From positions 4,322 to 68,321 of the forward strand of contig JACZWU010000010.1 of the NCBI GenBank assembly GCA_022571985.1: a DNA stretch of 64,000 nucleotides, written 5' to 3'. This DNA comes from Candidatus Zixiibacteriota bacterium. Its GTDB lineage: Bacteria > Zixibacteria > MSB-5A5 > GN15 > FEB-12. Position 1 is the first letter of the stretch. Every line of letters begins with the position of its first letter. A program made the position numbers and the translations under genes. This document shows positions 46,389-54,338 of the stretch, in pieces. A model generated the notes under the pieces. The model had not been told where the DNA came from and ran no database searches. It worked only from the letters and a program-made list of their open reading frames with translations.

Positions 46389-47453
46389 TCATTTGTACGA
46401 GAGCTTATTCATTGCATCAGATAAATGGTCTGTAGCAAGATGTGAATAAATCATTGTCGTCTTAACATCAGAGTGTCCAAGCAGTTTTTGTACTGTAGGT
46501 AAATCAATGCCCTGCATAATCATGTGACTTGCAAACGTGTGACGCAAAGTATGAATCTTAGTAACGTCTGGGTAGCCACAGCGTTTCGAAATTGTTTTCA
46601 GACGTTCTCTTAGCTTTAAAGTAAGTGGACCACCATTTTTCCCTTCAAATATAAAGTCGTTCTTCCCCACGCGCTTTCCTCTCAATTCAACGAATAATTT
46701 TTGAACAGATTCTGACATTGGAATTACACGTTCGCCAGTTTTCGGACTCCAATACTCTTTTGCTTGTATTTTGATTCTCCTTTGTTCAATTTCAATGTCG
46801 TTCCACGTAAGATATTTTAACTCGCCCAATCTCATACCGGTGTTAAGCAGTAGAAAGAAAATCGGATAAAGTTCTTCACCACAATTATCCAGAAGCAATT
46901 TTATCTCGTCCTTTGTTAGAAATCGAGGCATTCTTGCATCATTTACTTTTAATTTATTTACACCTCTGGTAGGATTGACTTTTAAGTATTCCCATTTTAT
47001 CGCATAGTTCATCAAAGTTCGAAGTGTCTTAAGTTCCATGTTGACAGTATTTGATTTTGCAATGATGCCTTTATTAAGCGGGGTTGTACGTCGCCACACC
47101 TTGTATTCTTCGAACAGTTTAGGTGTCAACTGACTCAGATTCATCGATTGATTCCGCATCTCAAGAAACTGCTCAAAATTCGCAAATATGTTCTTGTACC
47201 TCACGTAACTTGATTGAGCGTGATTTACCTTTGAGAATTCGTCAAACTCCTTGAGAAAATCGTTGAGTTTAACTTCGGTCATTGACAGATTCAATTCTCC
47301 TCTCATGATTCGAAGCTCAATATCAGCCAAGGCTAACTCAGCAAGTTTTTTAGAGGGACCTATTTTCTTGCGATACCTACGCCCCTGATAGGTATAGTCT
47401 GCGTACCATGTTCTCTTACCCCTTTTCCCAATTCTTTGATAAATTCTTCCCAT
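46389..47453 (-). CDS. Tyrosine recombinase/phage-type integrase
   Basis: The catalytic region …GMRLGELKYLTWNDI… carries the Arg, and …HTLRHTFASHMIMQGIDLPTVQKLLGHSDVKTTMIYSHL carries H-x-x-R…H…Y. I prefer ATG 47453 (MGRIYQRIGKRG…). The track start 47477 would read through the TGTGCCAA tandem sites. Confidence 0.9.
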   Translation of the reverse strand: MGRIYQRIGKRGKRTWYADYTYQGRRYRKKIGPSKKLAELALADIELRIMRGELNLSMTEVKLNDFLKEFDEFSKVNHAQSSYVRYKNIFANFEQFLEMRNQSMNLSQLTPKLFEEYKVWRRTTPLNKGIIAKSNTVNMELKTLRTLMNYAIKWEYLKVNPTRGVNKLKVNDARMPRFLTKDEIKLLLDNCGEELYPIFFLLLNTGMRLGELKYLTWNDIEIEQRRIKIQAKEYWSPKTGERVIPMSESVQKLFVELRGKRVGKNDFIFEGKNGGPLTLKLRERLKTISKRCGYPDVTKIHTLRHTFASHMIMQGIDLPTVQKLLGHSDVKTTMIYSHLATDHLSDAMNKLSYK

Positions 47454-47456
47454 AAT

Positions 47457-47480
47457 CGTTTGGCACAAATTTGGCACAAG
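47457..47480 (-). promoter_or_regulatory. Tandem 11-bp-phased TGTGCCAA sites immediately upstream of the integrase start
   Basis: The minus strand reads cttgtgccaaatttgtgccaaacg. It ends 4 nt before ATG 47453 and lies about 70-95 nt from the tRNA/att core. Confidence 0.6.
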
Positions 47481-47549
47481 CCATTTTCAGTAACATCCGA
47501 AAATGATAACTTCTTGTCAAGTACTAAGTTAAGCATAGGAAAAGTTTTA

Positions 47550-47623
47550 TGGCTGGGAGACAGGGATTCGAACCCCGATTACACGGTTCAGAGCCGCGCG
47601 TTCTACCGTTGAACTATCTCCCA
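47550..47623 (-). tRNA. tRNA-Gln (anticodon CUG), CCA encoded
   Basis: Folded by hand on the minus strand. Acceptor stem is TGGGAGA/TCTCCCA, D-stem GTTC/GAAC, anticodon stem CGCGG/CCGTG and anticodon loop CTCTGAA (CUG). Variable region is TAAT, T-stem CGGGG/CCCTG and T-loop TTCGAAT. The discriminator is G followed by CCA. Confidence 0.88.
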
Positions 47624-47798
47624 GTATCTAAAGTCTAAATAATCGGCGTTCGACAAGCAAACTTTAAGCTTTTAAAGCATCACAGCGGCTCTTCAGAAAG
47701 GCCAATATAGCTCTCCCCAGCTATTCGTCAAGGTGGCCTTGCCACTTTAAAGTGACGTTGTCACTTAATACCCGATCTTTCTGAGCAGAAAAACTCAA

Positions 47799-48437
47799 TT
47801 ATTTCCCCCAATAATGGAAAAGCAAAGCCCTGCCTTTGATCTCGACAGTCGCCTTGCTCAGGCGGATTCTATTGCGCAAAGCCTTAGATTCCCAGGGCTG
47901 GACTGTCAAATTTTTGACATCATACTCCGTTCCGGTACAAGTCAGCTTGATAGGATTGCATACTGCCTTAACAGATATCAGATTGCCGGTGCAATAGTTA
48001 AATTTGAGTTTTTGATTGGTTATAAGCTTTATTTCTAACTCATGATTAACCAAGCGGACTTTTGCTTTTCTTATTTTTGGGTTGGCAAGTAGCGATATCA
48101 AGCCCATAAAATGATCCGGCTGACCTACCCGCGGCATTGCTATATCAATGCTGCTAAATTTTTGCTTTAAACAGTACTCGAACGCCAGTTCGCTGTCGGT
48201 TTTGTCCTTTTGGACAGGATGCGAAATAACTTTTGTGCGTTTGCTTAAATTAGCCAGATGTTTTTTGTTTAATGAATCAAAGTCGCCTATTACTAAGTCC
48301 GGCGTTAATTTCGAAAGTTCAAAAAACCTATGACCGCCGTTGGCTGCGATTTTATATTTCCCTCGACAAAGCTTTTTGTAGAAACCAAGTTTTGTTTTCG
48401 GATAGCGGCCATGGACAAAAATAACAGCGGTTTTCAT
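47799..48437 (-). CDS. thiN: Thiamine pyrophosphokinase
   Basis: 212 aa. …AANGGHRFF…PDLVIGDFDSL… is the TPK catalytic motif, followed by a C-terminal beta-sandwich-like part. Confidence 0.7.
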   Translation of the reverse strand: MKTAVIFVHGRYPKTKLGFYKKLCRGKYKIAANGGHRFFELSKLTPDLVIGDFDSLNKKHLANLSKRTKVISHPVQKDKTDSELAFEYCLKQKFSSIDIAMPRVGQPDHFMGLISLLANPKIRKAKVRLVNHELEIKLITNQKLKFNYCTGNLISVKAVCNPIKLTCTGTEYDVKNLTVQPWESKALRNRIRLSKATVEIKGRALLFHYWGK

Positions 48438-48441
48438 GGTA

Positions 48442-49107
48442 TTAAGGCTGCCGTTTCAGGCTTTGCACTTGTCTGGTAAGCGCCTGGCGGTCGCTCGCCC
48501 CAAAAAAAGATGAACCGATTACCAAGATATCCACGCCGGCAGCGACTACGCGCTGTGCATTATTTTCAGCAATGCCGCCATCGATTTCAATCATAGTAGA
48601 TAATTTGTGCTTGTCGATATGCCTTCGGGCTGTTTCTATTTTTGGAATGACAGATTCGATAAAACTTTGCCCGCCGAAACCGGGATTGACCGACATCACC
48701 AATAGCAAATCAAAATGTTCAAGATAGGGCAGCACTTTTTCTATGTCGGTCGCAGGATTGAGCGATAACCCGGATTTCATGCCCATCTTTTTTAATACTT
48801 TAGCATGAGCAAGTGGGTCGGGGTGAACTTCGATATGAAAGGTTATAAGGTCCGCGCCGGCTTTGGCAAACGGTTCAAAATATTTTTCCGGCTCACTCAG
48901 CATCAGGTGTACATCGAGAAATTTATCTGTCAGCTTATCGATTGTATTAACGATGCCCGGCCCAAATGAAATGTTCGGTACAAAATGCCCGTCCATTATA
49001 TCAAGATGTAGCCAGTCGACCTTAAGGCTGTCACATTCTTTGATTTCGTCTGCTAATTTTGAAAAGTCTGCCGCCAGTATAGACGGCGCTATTTTTGCCT
49101 TTGTCAT
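48442..49107 (-). CDS. rpe: Ribulose-phosphate 3-epimerase
   Basis: IAPSILAADFSKLADEI…DWLHLDIMDGHFVPNISFGP…DVHLM…HIEV…VNPGFGGQSFI…IEIDGGI is the canonical sequence. Confidence 0.92.
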   Translation of the reverse strand: MTKAKIAPSILAADFSKLADEIKECDSLKVDWLHLDIMDGHFVPNISFGPGIVNTIDKLTDKFLDVHLMLSEPEKYFEPFAKAGADLITFHIEVHPDPLAHAKVLKKMGMKSGLSLNPATDIEKVLPYLEHFDLLLVMSVNPGFGGQSFIESVIPKIETARRHIDKHKLSTMIEIDGGIAENNAQRVVAAGVDILVIGSSFFGASDRQALTRQVQSLKRQP

Positions 49108-49128
49108 CGAAAATTCTTTCTACGTTTT

Positions 49129-50100
49129 TTATGAGACCGGTTTTTCTTTTGAAGCTCTGGCATTGGTGGCAGCAATATGTGCATTTCTCTTTAAGCCATC
49201 AAGCTTTGGTCTGGTCAGCGGAGTTCCGGCAGTCAGCGCCAAAAATTCTTCTCTGGTTTGTATTCTTTCGACTATAGCAGGATCAAGATACTCCCCCACA
49301 CCGCCACCGACAAATTCCTGATGAACCGTAAACTGGGCGGCTTTGTTTTTAGGGCAGACATCCTGACAAATGTCACAGCCAAAGAGACGCTGTTTCATTT
49401 TTGCAGCAAGGTCAGCGGATATATCGCCTTTTTTTTCAATTGTCAGATATGAAATACATTTGGTCGAATCAATAACGCCGTTTTCGAGAATCGCGCTAGT
49501 CGGACAGGAGACAATACACATTGTGCAGCGGCCGCACTGGCCGTGGTCAATCCCATAGGGGTTGTCCGGTTCAAGTTCTAAAGTTGTCAAAATCTCTGAG
49601 AGAAAAATCCAGGAACCGAAATCTTTATTTATCAGCAGAGAATTCTTGCCAATATAGCCCAGTCCGGCTTTGGCGGCGTAAGAGCGCTCAAGCATGGGGC
49701 CGTAGTCTACATACCAGCGGAAGCCAGTTTCTTTGGTGCCATCAGAGGTCCTCTCTATTTCTAAAATTAGCTTCTTGGTTTTCTTAGCAATGACTTTGTG
49801 ATAATCTTTACCGCGCGCATATTTAGAAACAATGCCATAGCCGCTTGGTAATTCTTTTGAATCCGGCTGATAATAGTTCAGCCCCAGCATAATGATAGAG
49901 CGCACTCCCTGCATTAGTTGCCGCGGACTGCTGCGCCGCTCCGGCTCTTTGGCCATATAGCTCATCTCCCCGTGATAGCCTTTAGACAGCCATGTTTCAA
50001 ACTGCTCTTGAGCCTCCGGGATATCATCGGGACTGACAATGCCGCAGAGGTCGAAACCGCAGCTATATGCCAAATTTTTAATCTGTTCTGAATTAATCAA
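49129..50100 (-). CDS. queG: tRNA epoxyqueuosine(34) reductase
   Basis: …FGSWIFLSEILTTLELEPD…CGRCTMCIVSCPTSAI…CISYLTIE…LFGCDICQDVCPKNK contains two 4Fe-4S motifs in the QueG arrangement. Confidence 0.8.
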   Translation of the reverse strand: MINSEQIKNLAYSCGFDLCGIVSPDDIPEAQEQFETWLSKGYHGEMSYMAKEPERRSSPRQLMQGVRSIIMLGLNYYQPDSKELPSGYGIVSKYARGKDYHKVIAKKTKKLILEIERTSDGTKETGFRWYVDYGPMLERSYAAKAGLGYIGKNSLLINKDFGSWIFLSEILTTLELEPDNPYGIDHGQCGRCTMCIVSCPTSAILENGVIDSTKCISYLTIEKKGDISADLAAKMKQRLFGCDICQDVCPKNKAAQFTVHQEFVGGGVGEYLDPAIVERIQTREEFLALTAGTPLTRPKLDGLKRNAHIAATNARASKEKPVS

Positions 50101-50400
50101 TATTCTTCTAAAATTGCCTCCGAATTTAATATAGCAGGATTTGACTGTCTAAGAAGAGCGAAGAAATCATTTCGCCTCATGCGTCAAATTCTGAGGCCGC
50201 AAGAGCAGTTTTGAAGAACAAATTTTGGTCTTAAATTGTAACTCAAGTTAACTCTTAAGCTTACAGACCGCCTGTTTTATGGCTCAAAAACCACCAAGAG
50301 CCAACTGCCATCGCCAGATGTTGTAAATCTTAAAAAAACTGTTATTTTGAGTCTCCTGAAAGTCGATTTATAGTATTAAAGATTATAGTGAGGAAATCAG

Positions 50401-51684
50401 ATGACAAACGTAGAAGCAATGGCAAAAAACGCTCTGGGATTCAGCAATAAATCTGATAAGGAAATCATAGATTTTGAGAGTACTTTTGGCGCTCACCACT
50501 ACGGCCGGGTGGAGCTGGTAGTCCGCAAAACTCAGGGACAGTGGCTATTTGATGAAGAAGACAAAAAATATATGGATTGCCTGGCCGCTTATTCGGCAGT
50601 CAACCAAGGGCACCATCATCCGGCTATAGTCAGAGCGCTGGTAGAGGCCTTGCAGAACAACTACGCTTCGGTAATTTCAAATGTCGTTTATACTGATTCT
50701 CTCGCCATATTTTTAAAAAAACTGGCCAAGCTGGTGCCTCAGATGGGTCCCAGGTTTGGAGACAACGGCAACAAAGTTCTCCCCAAAAACGGCGGTGTGG
50801 AATCTGTGGAGACAGCTATCAAGACCGCCCGATGTTTCGGACATCTGGAAAAAGGCATTGCCGACGGCAAACAGGAGATAATTGTTTTTGAGAATAATTT
50901 CCACGGCAGGACAATGGCCGCTATTTCAATCTCCTCTACACAAAAGTACAAAGATGGTTTTGGTCCGCTGATACCCGGCTTCGTGACAGTACCATTCGGC
51001 GACCTTGAAGCAGTTGCCAAAGCCATAACCCCCAATACTGCCGGCATCTTAGTAGAGCCGATGCAAGGCGAAGGCGGCATGTATATATCGCCAGCGGGTT
51101 TCTTAGAAGGAATCCGAAAACTTTCTGATGAACATAATATCTTTTTGATATTTGATGAAATCCAGGTCGGCTTGGGACGTACCGGTAAGATGTTTGCCTT
51201 CCAGCATGAAAATGTTCTGCCGGACGGAATAATTTTAGGCAAAGCTCTCTCTGGCGGCATGGCTCCTGTCTCGGCTTTTGTGACTAACTCTAAAATTATG
51301 GATCTGGTTTTTCAGCCCGGCCGCGACGGCTCTACTTTTGGCGGTTACCCCCTGGCCTGCGTAGCCGGCATAGCTGCTCTGGGTGTAATTGAAGATGAAA
51401 AACTTCATGAAAACGCTGAGCGTATCGGCCAGATTTTAAAAAGCAAAATAGAAGATATTGCTTCCCGCTCGAAGCATGTCAAAGAAGTCCGCGGACGCGG
51501 GCTGTTTATCGGTATTGAAGTTAAAAGCGGTGACGCCATGTCGTTCTGTAATAAACTCTTGGAGCTGGGCATGCTTTGCAACGACAGCCACGGGCATACT
51601 ATCAGGATTTCCCCGCCGCTAATAATTGACGAAAGCGATGTTGATTATATTACAGAGCGGCTGGAAAAAGTATTAGTCGATTAG
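50401..51684 (+). CDS. rocD: Class-III PLP aminotransferase, ornithine aminotransferase-like
   Basis: …YMDCLAAYSAVNQGHHHPAIV…FHGRT…FDEIQVGLGRTGKMFAFQHENVLPDGIILGKALSGG… contains the PLP Lys and an OAT-like pattern. Confidence 0.7.
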   Translation: MTNVEAMAKNALGFSNKSDKEIIDFESTFGAHHYGRVELVVRKTQGQWLFDEEDKKYMDCLAAYSAVNQGHHHPAIVRALVEALQNNYASVISNVVYTDSLAIFLKKLAKLVPQMGPRFGDNGNKVLPKNGGVESVETAIKTARCFGHLEKGIADGKQEIIVFENNFHGRTMAAISISSTQKYKDGFGPLIPGFVTVPFGDLEAVAKAITPNTAGILVEPMQGEGGMYISPAGFLEGIRKLSDEHNIFLIFDEIQVGLGRTGKMFAFQHENVLPDGIILGKALSGGMAPVSAFVTNSKIMDLVFQPGRDGSTFGGYPLACVAGIAALGVIEDEKLHENAERIGQILKSKIEDIASRSKHVKEVRGRGLFIGIEVKSGDAMSFCNKLLELGMLCNDSHGHTIRISPPLIIDESDVDYITERLEKVLVD

Positions 51685-51692
51685 TCTGAAAG

Positions 51693-52085
51693 CTATTGCA
51701 AATTTTGTTTTGCGGCGGGATTGAAAAGTTTAATCCCGATTAATACTGTTGTATAGAGAAAAAAGACCCAGGAAATCCACAATAATGGGAAAAACAAATA
51801 ACCCAAAAAATCGGTAAAGTATCCACCAATTCCAATTGCAACAACTGTTGCAATGAAACCAACATGATGGTCCTTTCTGACTTCAACAAATCTCTTTTTT
51901 CTACGATCATATACTTGTAAGAGAACTACCACACAGCCCCAGCATATAGTGAAAGACCCGAAAAACACCCAACCCGAATAGAAGGGTGAAGCTTGGACCG
52001 AATCAAAAAACACTCCTACGAGCAATATTTCACATGCAATTAGGGCACAATAGTAAATTATAATTTTTAGGAGTGAGTTTTTCAT
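51693..52085 (-). CDS. Small integral membrane protein, unknown function
   Basis: 130 aa with 4 hydrophobic helices. Confidence 0.5.
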   Translation of the reverse strand: MKNSLLKIIIYYCALIACEILLVGVFFDSVQASPFYSGWVFFGSFTICWGCVVVLLQVYDRRKKRFVEVRKDHHVGFIATVVAIGIGGYFTDFLGYLFFPLLWISWVFFLYTTVLIGIKLFNPAAKQNLQ

Positions 52086-52092
52086 TTCAGCT

Positions 52093-53010
52093 CTATAGTT
52101 GCACTTTCTTGTTTAAATGATCAGAAGAACTTTTTAGTGAACCTACATAAATAGCCCCCAGAGTAATCCCAGCTCCGAGCAACTGCATGATAGTAAAACT
52201 TTCGCTGAAAATTATTATCCCCCAGACTGTAGCCAGAATCGGCTGCAAGAGGAGAATCAAGCCCGCCCGGTAAGCTTCAATTTTTGACAAGCCTTCGGAA
52301 ATGGCTCTCCAGCCTATCGATTGTACTAATAGAGCTAATACAACAAGAACCGCCCAGGAATATAAATCGGGCGGCAGAATATCCTGGCCTTCGATTGCCG
52401 ACATAACACCCATAAAAAGAGCTGTATACAGAGAAATCCAGGCCATGAGAGTAACAAAATCCGGCAGCTTCTGCTTATGTCCGGCGTATTTGACTGTCAC
52501 CAGATAAGCAGCATAAGAAAGCCCTGTCAGCAGACCGTAGATTATCCCCCGTAAATAAAGATCGCTAAACTCAATATCGCTGCCTATCCCGGCCAGTAAC
52601 ACCACTCCAACCATAGCGGATATGGCAGCAAAAAAGAATTTGACTGTTAGTCTGTCTTTGAAAATAAAATAACCCAGAATTGCCGAGGCGAACACCTGCG
52701 TGTTTCCTAAGATAGTGGAGAGACCGGCACCGGCATATATTATCGACCTGTGCCAGAAGAAAAGATCAAATGAAAAGAAAAATCCGGCAAGCGCTGTCCA
52801 GCGCATTATCGATGGCTCTATCATCAGCGACTTTTTACTTATAGCAGCCCAGGAGAAGAGAATTAGCGCACCCAATAGACATCGCCAAAAACCAATGGCA
52901 GTTGGCGACATCAGAGAAACTCCTATCAGCTTGACAAGTATAGGCGAAAAGCTGATACAGGCCGCACCGAAAATTAGCTGAATTATACCTCTGTTGCTTT
53001 TTATATTCAT
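52093..53010 (-). CDS. DMT-superfamily (EamA-like) transporter
   Basis: 305 aa with about 10 TM helices in two EamA-like repeats. Confidence 0.7.
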   Translation of the reverse strand: MNIKSNRGIIQLIFGAACISFSPILVKLIGVSLMSPTAIGFWRCLLGALILFSWAAISKKSLMIEPSIMRWTALAGFFFSFDLFFWHRSIIYAGAGLSTILGNTQVFASAILGYFIFKDRLTVKFFFAAISAMVGVVLLAGIGSDIEFSDLYLRGIIYGLLTGLSYAAYLVTVKYAGHKQKLPDFVTLMAWISLYTALFMGVMSAIEGQDILPPDLYSWAVLVVLALLVQSIGWRAISEGLSKIEAYRAGLILLLQPILATVWGIIIFSESFTIMQLLGAGITLGAIYVGSLKSSSDHLNKKVQL

Positions 53011-53117
53011 TCGTTCATTACCGAAGTTCCGGCGAATATATATTGTTTAGGAATATCTGGAAGAGAAATATTATTGTGGTGAAATAAATTTGGTGTTTGA
53101 TACAATGCACTAACAGA

Positions 53118-54338
53118 CTAATATTCCTGCCACCTGTATCCGGCAGCAACAATTAGTCCTATTAGCGACCAGGCCAATACTAATGATGTTCCGCCGTAGC
53201 TCATAAAAGGCAGCGGCAACCCGGTAACCGGCATAAAGCCAAGGGTCATGCCCACATTCACCAAAAACTGAAATAGCAGCAGGGTGGTAGCTCCGATGAC
53301 AATATTGGAGGCAAATTTGGAACGGCATTTGGCGGCAATCCTGATGGCTTTTATGAAAATAAAGGCAAACAAACCGATGACAATAATAGCTCCCCACAAT
53401 CCAAATTCTTCTCCCAAAACCGAAAAGACAAAATCCGTATGCCGCTCCGGCAAAAAATCAAGACGAGCCTGCGAACCTTCCAGAAAACCCTTCCCCCAAA
53501 TACCGCCCGAGCCAATTGCTATTTTTGACTGAATAATCTGATAACCTGCTCCGCGAGGATCCGTACCGGGGTCAAGAAAAGTCAGGATACGAAGTTTTTG
53601 ATATTCTGCCAGACGATTCCACATCAGCGGCATTATCGAGCCGGTGGCAAGGTTAGCGGTGAATATTAAAATACCAAAAATAAGCCCCGGCCGGTAAACA
53701 AAGAGAAATACGAAGAGCAGCCCCAGATATATAGCCCAGGCTATCCAATGTGAGGCGGCGATAATAGAAACAAGAGGCGACAAAATCAAAAGCAGATAAA
53801 ATGGAGACAGCCCCGACCAGTACCACATTGCAAAAAGAATTACCGGAAAAACCATTGAGGTACCCAAATCGGGCTGCTTGAGAATAAGCATAACAGGTAG
53901 CATCATTATAACTGCCGAAAAAGCCATTCTGCGTTTAGAGGCAGGCGGAAGTTTGGTATAGGCGAAGTATCTGGCCAGAACAAAAATCAGCGCCAGCTTG
54001 GCTAAGTCTGATGGCGCAAAATTCATCGGTCCGACAGACAGCCATCTAAAAGAACCCATCCGCGAGGAACCCACAAAGAAAACTAAAACCAAAAGTAACA
54101 GGGCCAAACCGTACAGAAGATAAGAGCTGAAGTCATAAAGTCTGAAAGGAAAATGAATAACTGCCGCAAATACAGCCAGCGCTATCGCCAGCCAGATAAG
54201 CTGCCTGACAAAGTAAGTTTGCTTAAAAGTAGAATCGGCGTAGTGCTGGGCTGACATTATCATAGCTACTCCGATAAGTGATAGCAGCAGAGTCGCAGTA
54301 ATGAGCTGCCAGTCCAGTTCTTTGTAGTTAAGAATCAA
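53118..54338 (-). CDS. rodA: Rod shape-determining SEDS protein RodA
   Basis: FtsW/RodA/SpoVE pattern (…QPDLGT…, …PERHTDFVFSVLGEEFGLWG…, …GLPLPFMSYGGTS…). It lies immediately downstream of PBP2 with a 4-nt overlap. Confidence 0.88.
   Translation of the reverse strand: MILNYKELDWQLITATLLLSLIGVAMIMSAQHYADSTFKQTYFVRQLIWLAIALAVFAAVIHFPFRLYDFSSYLLYGLALLLLVLVFFVGSSRMGSFRWLSVGPMNFAPSDLAKLALIFVLARYFAYTKLPPASKRRMAFSAVIMMLPVMLILKQPDLGTSMVFPVILFAMWYWSGLSPFYLLLILSPLVSIIAASHWIAWAIYLGLLFVFLFVYRPGLIFGILIFTANLATGSIMPLMWNRLAEYQKLRILTFLDPGTDPRGAGYQIIQSKIAIGSGGIWGKGFLEGSQARLDFLPERHTDFVFSVLGEEFGLWGAIIVIGLFAFIFIKAIRIAAKCRSKFASNIVIGATTLLLFQFLVNVGMTLGFMPVTGLPLPFMSYGGTSLVLAWSLIGLIVAAGYRWQEY

Larger units (their letters stand above)
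15147..47567. mobile_element. ~32.4 kb mosaic genomic island integrated at the 3' end of tRNA-Gln(CUG)
   Basis: An intact tRNA and an adjacent tyrosine integrase and excisionase lie at the right end. An 18-bp direct repeat of the tRNA 3' end lies at the left end. Cargo is accessory (metal efflux, R-M, unknown systems), with visibly lower GC in 26.6-47.5 kb. Confidence 0.8.
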
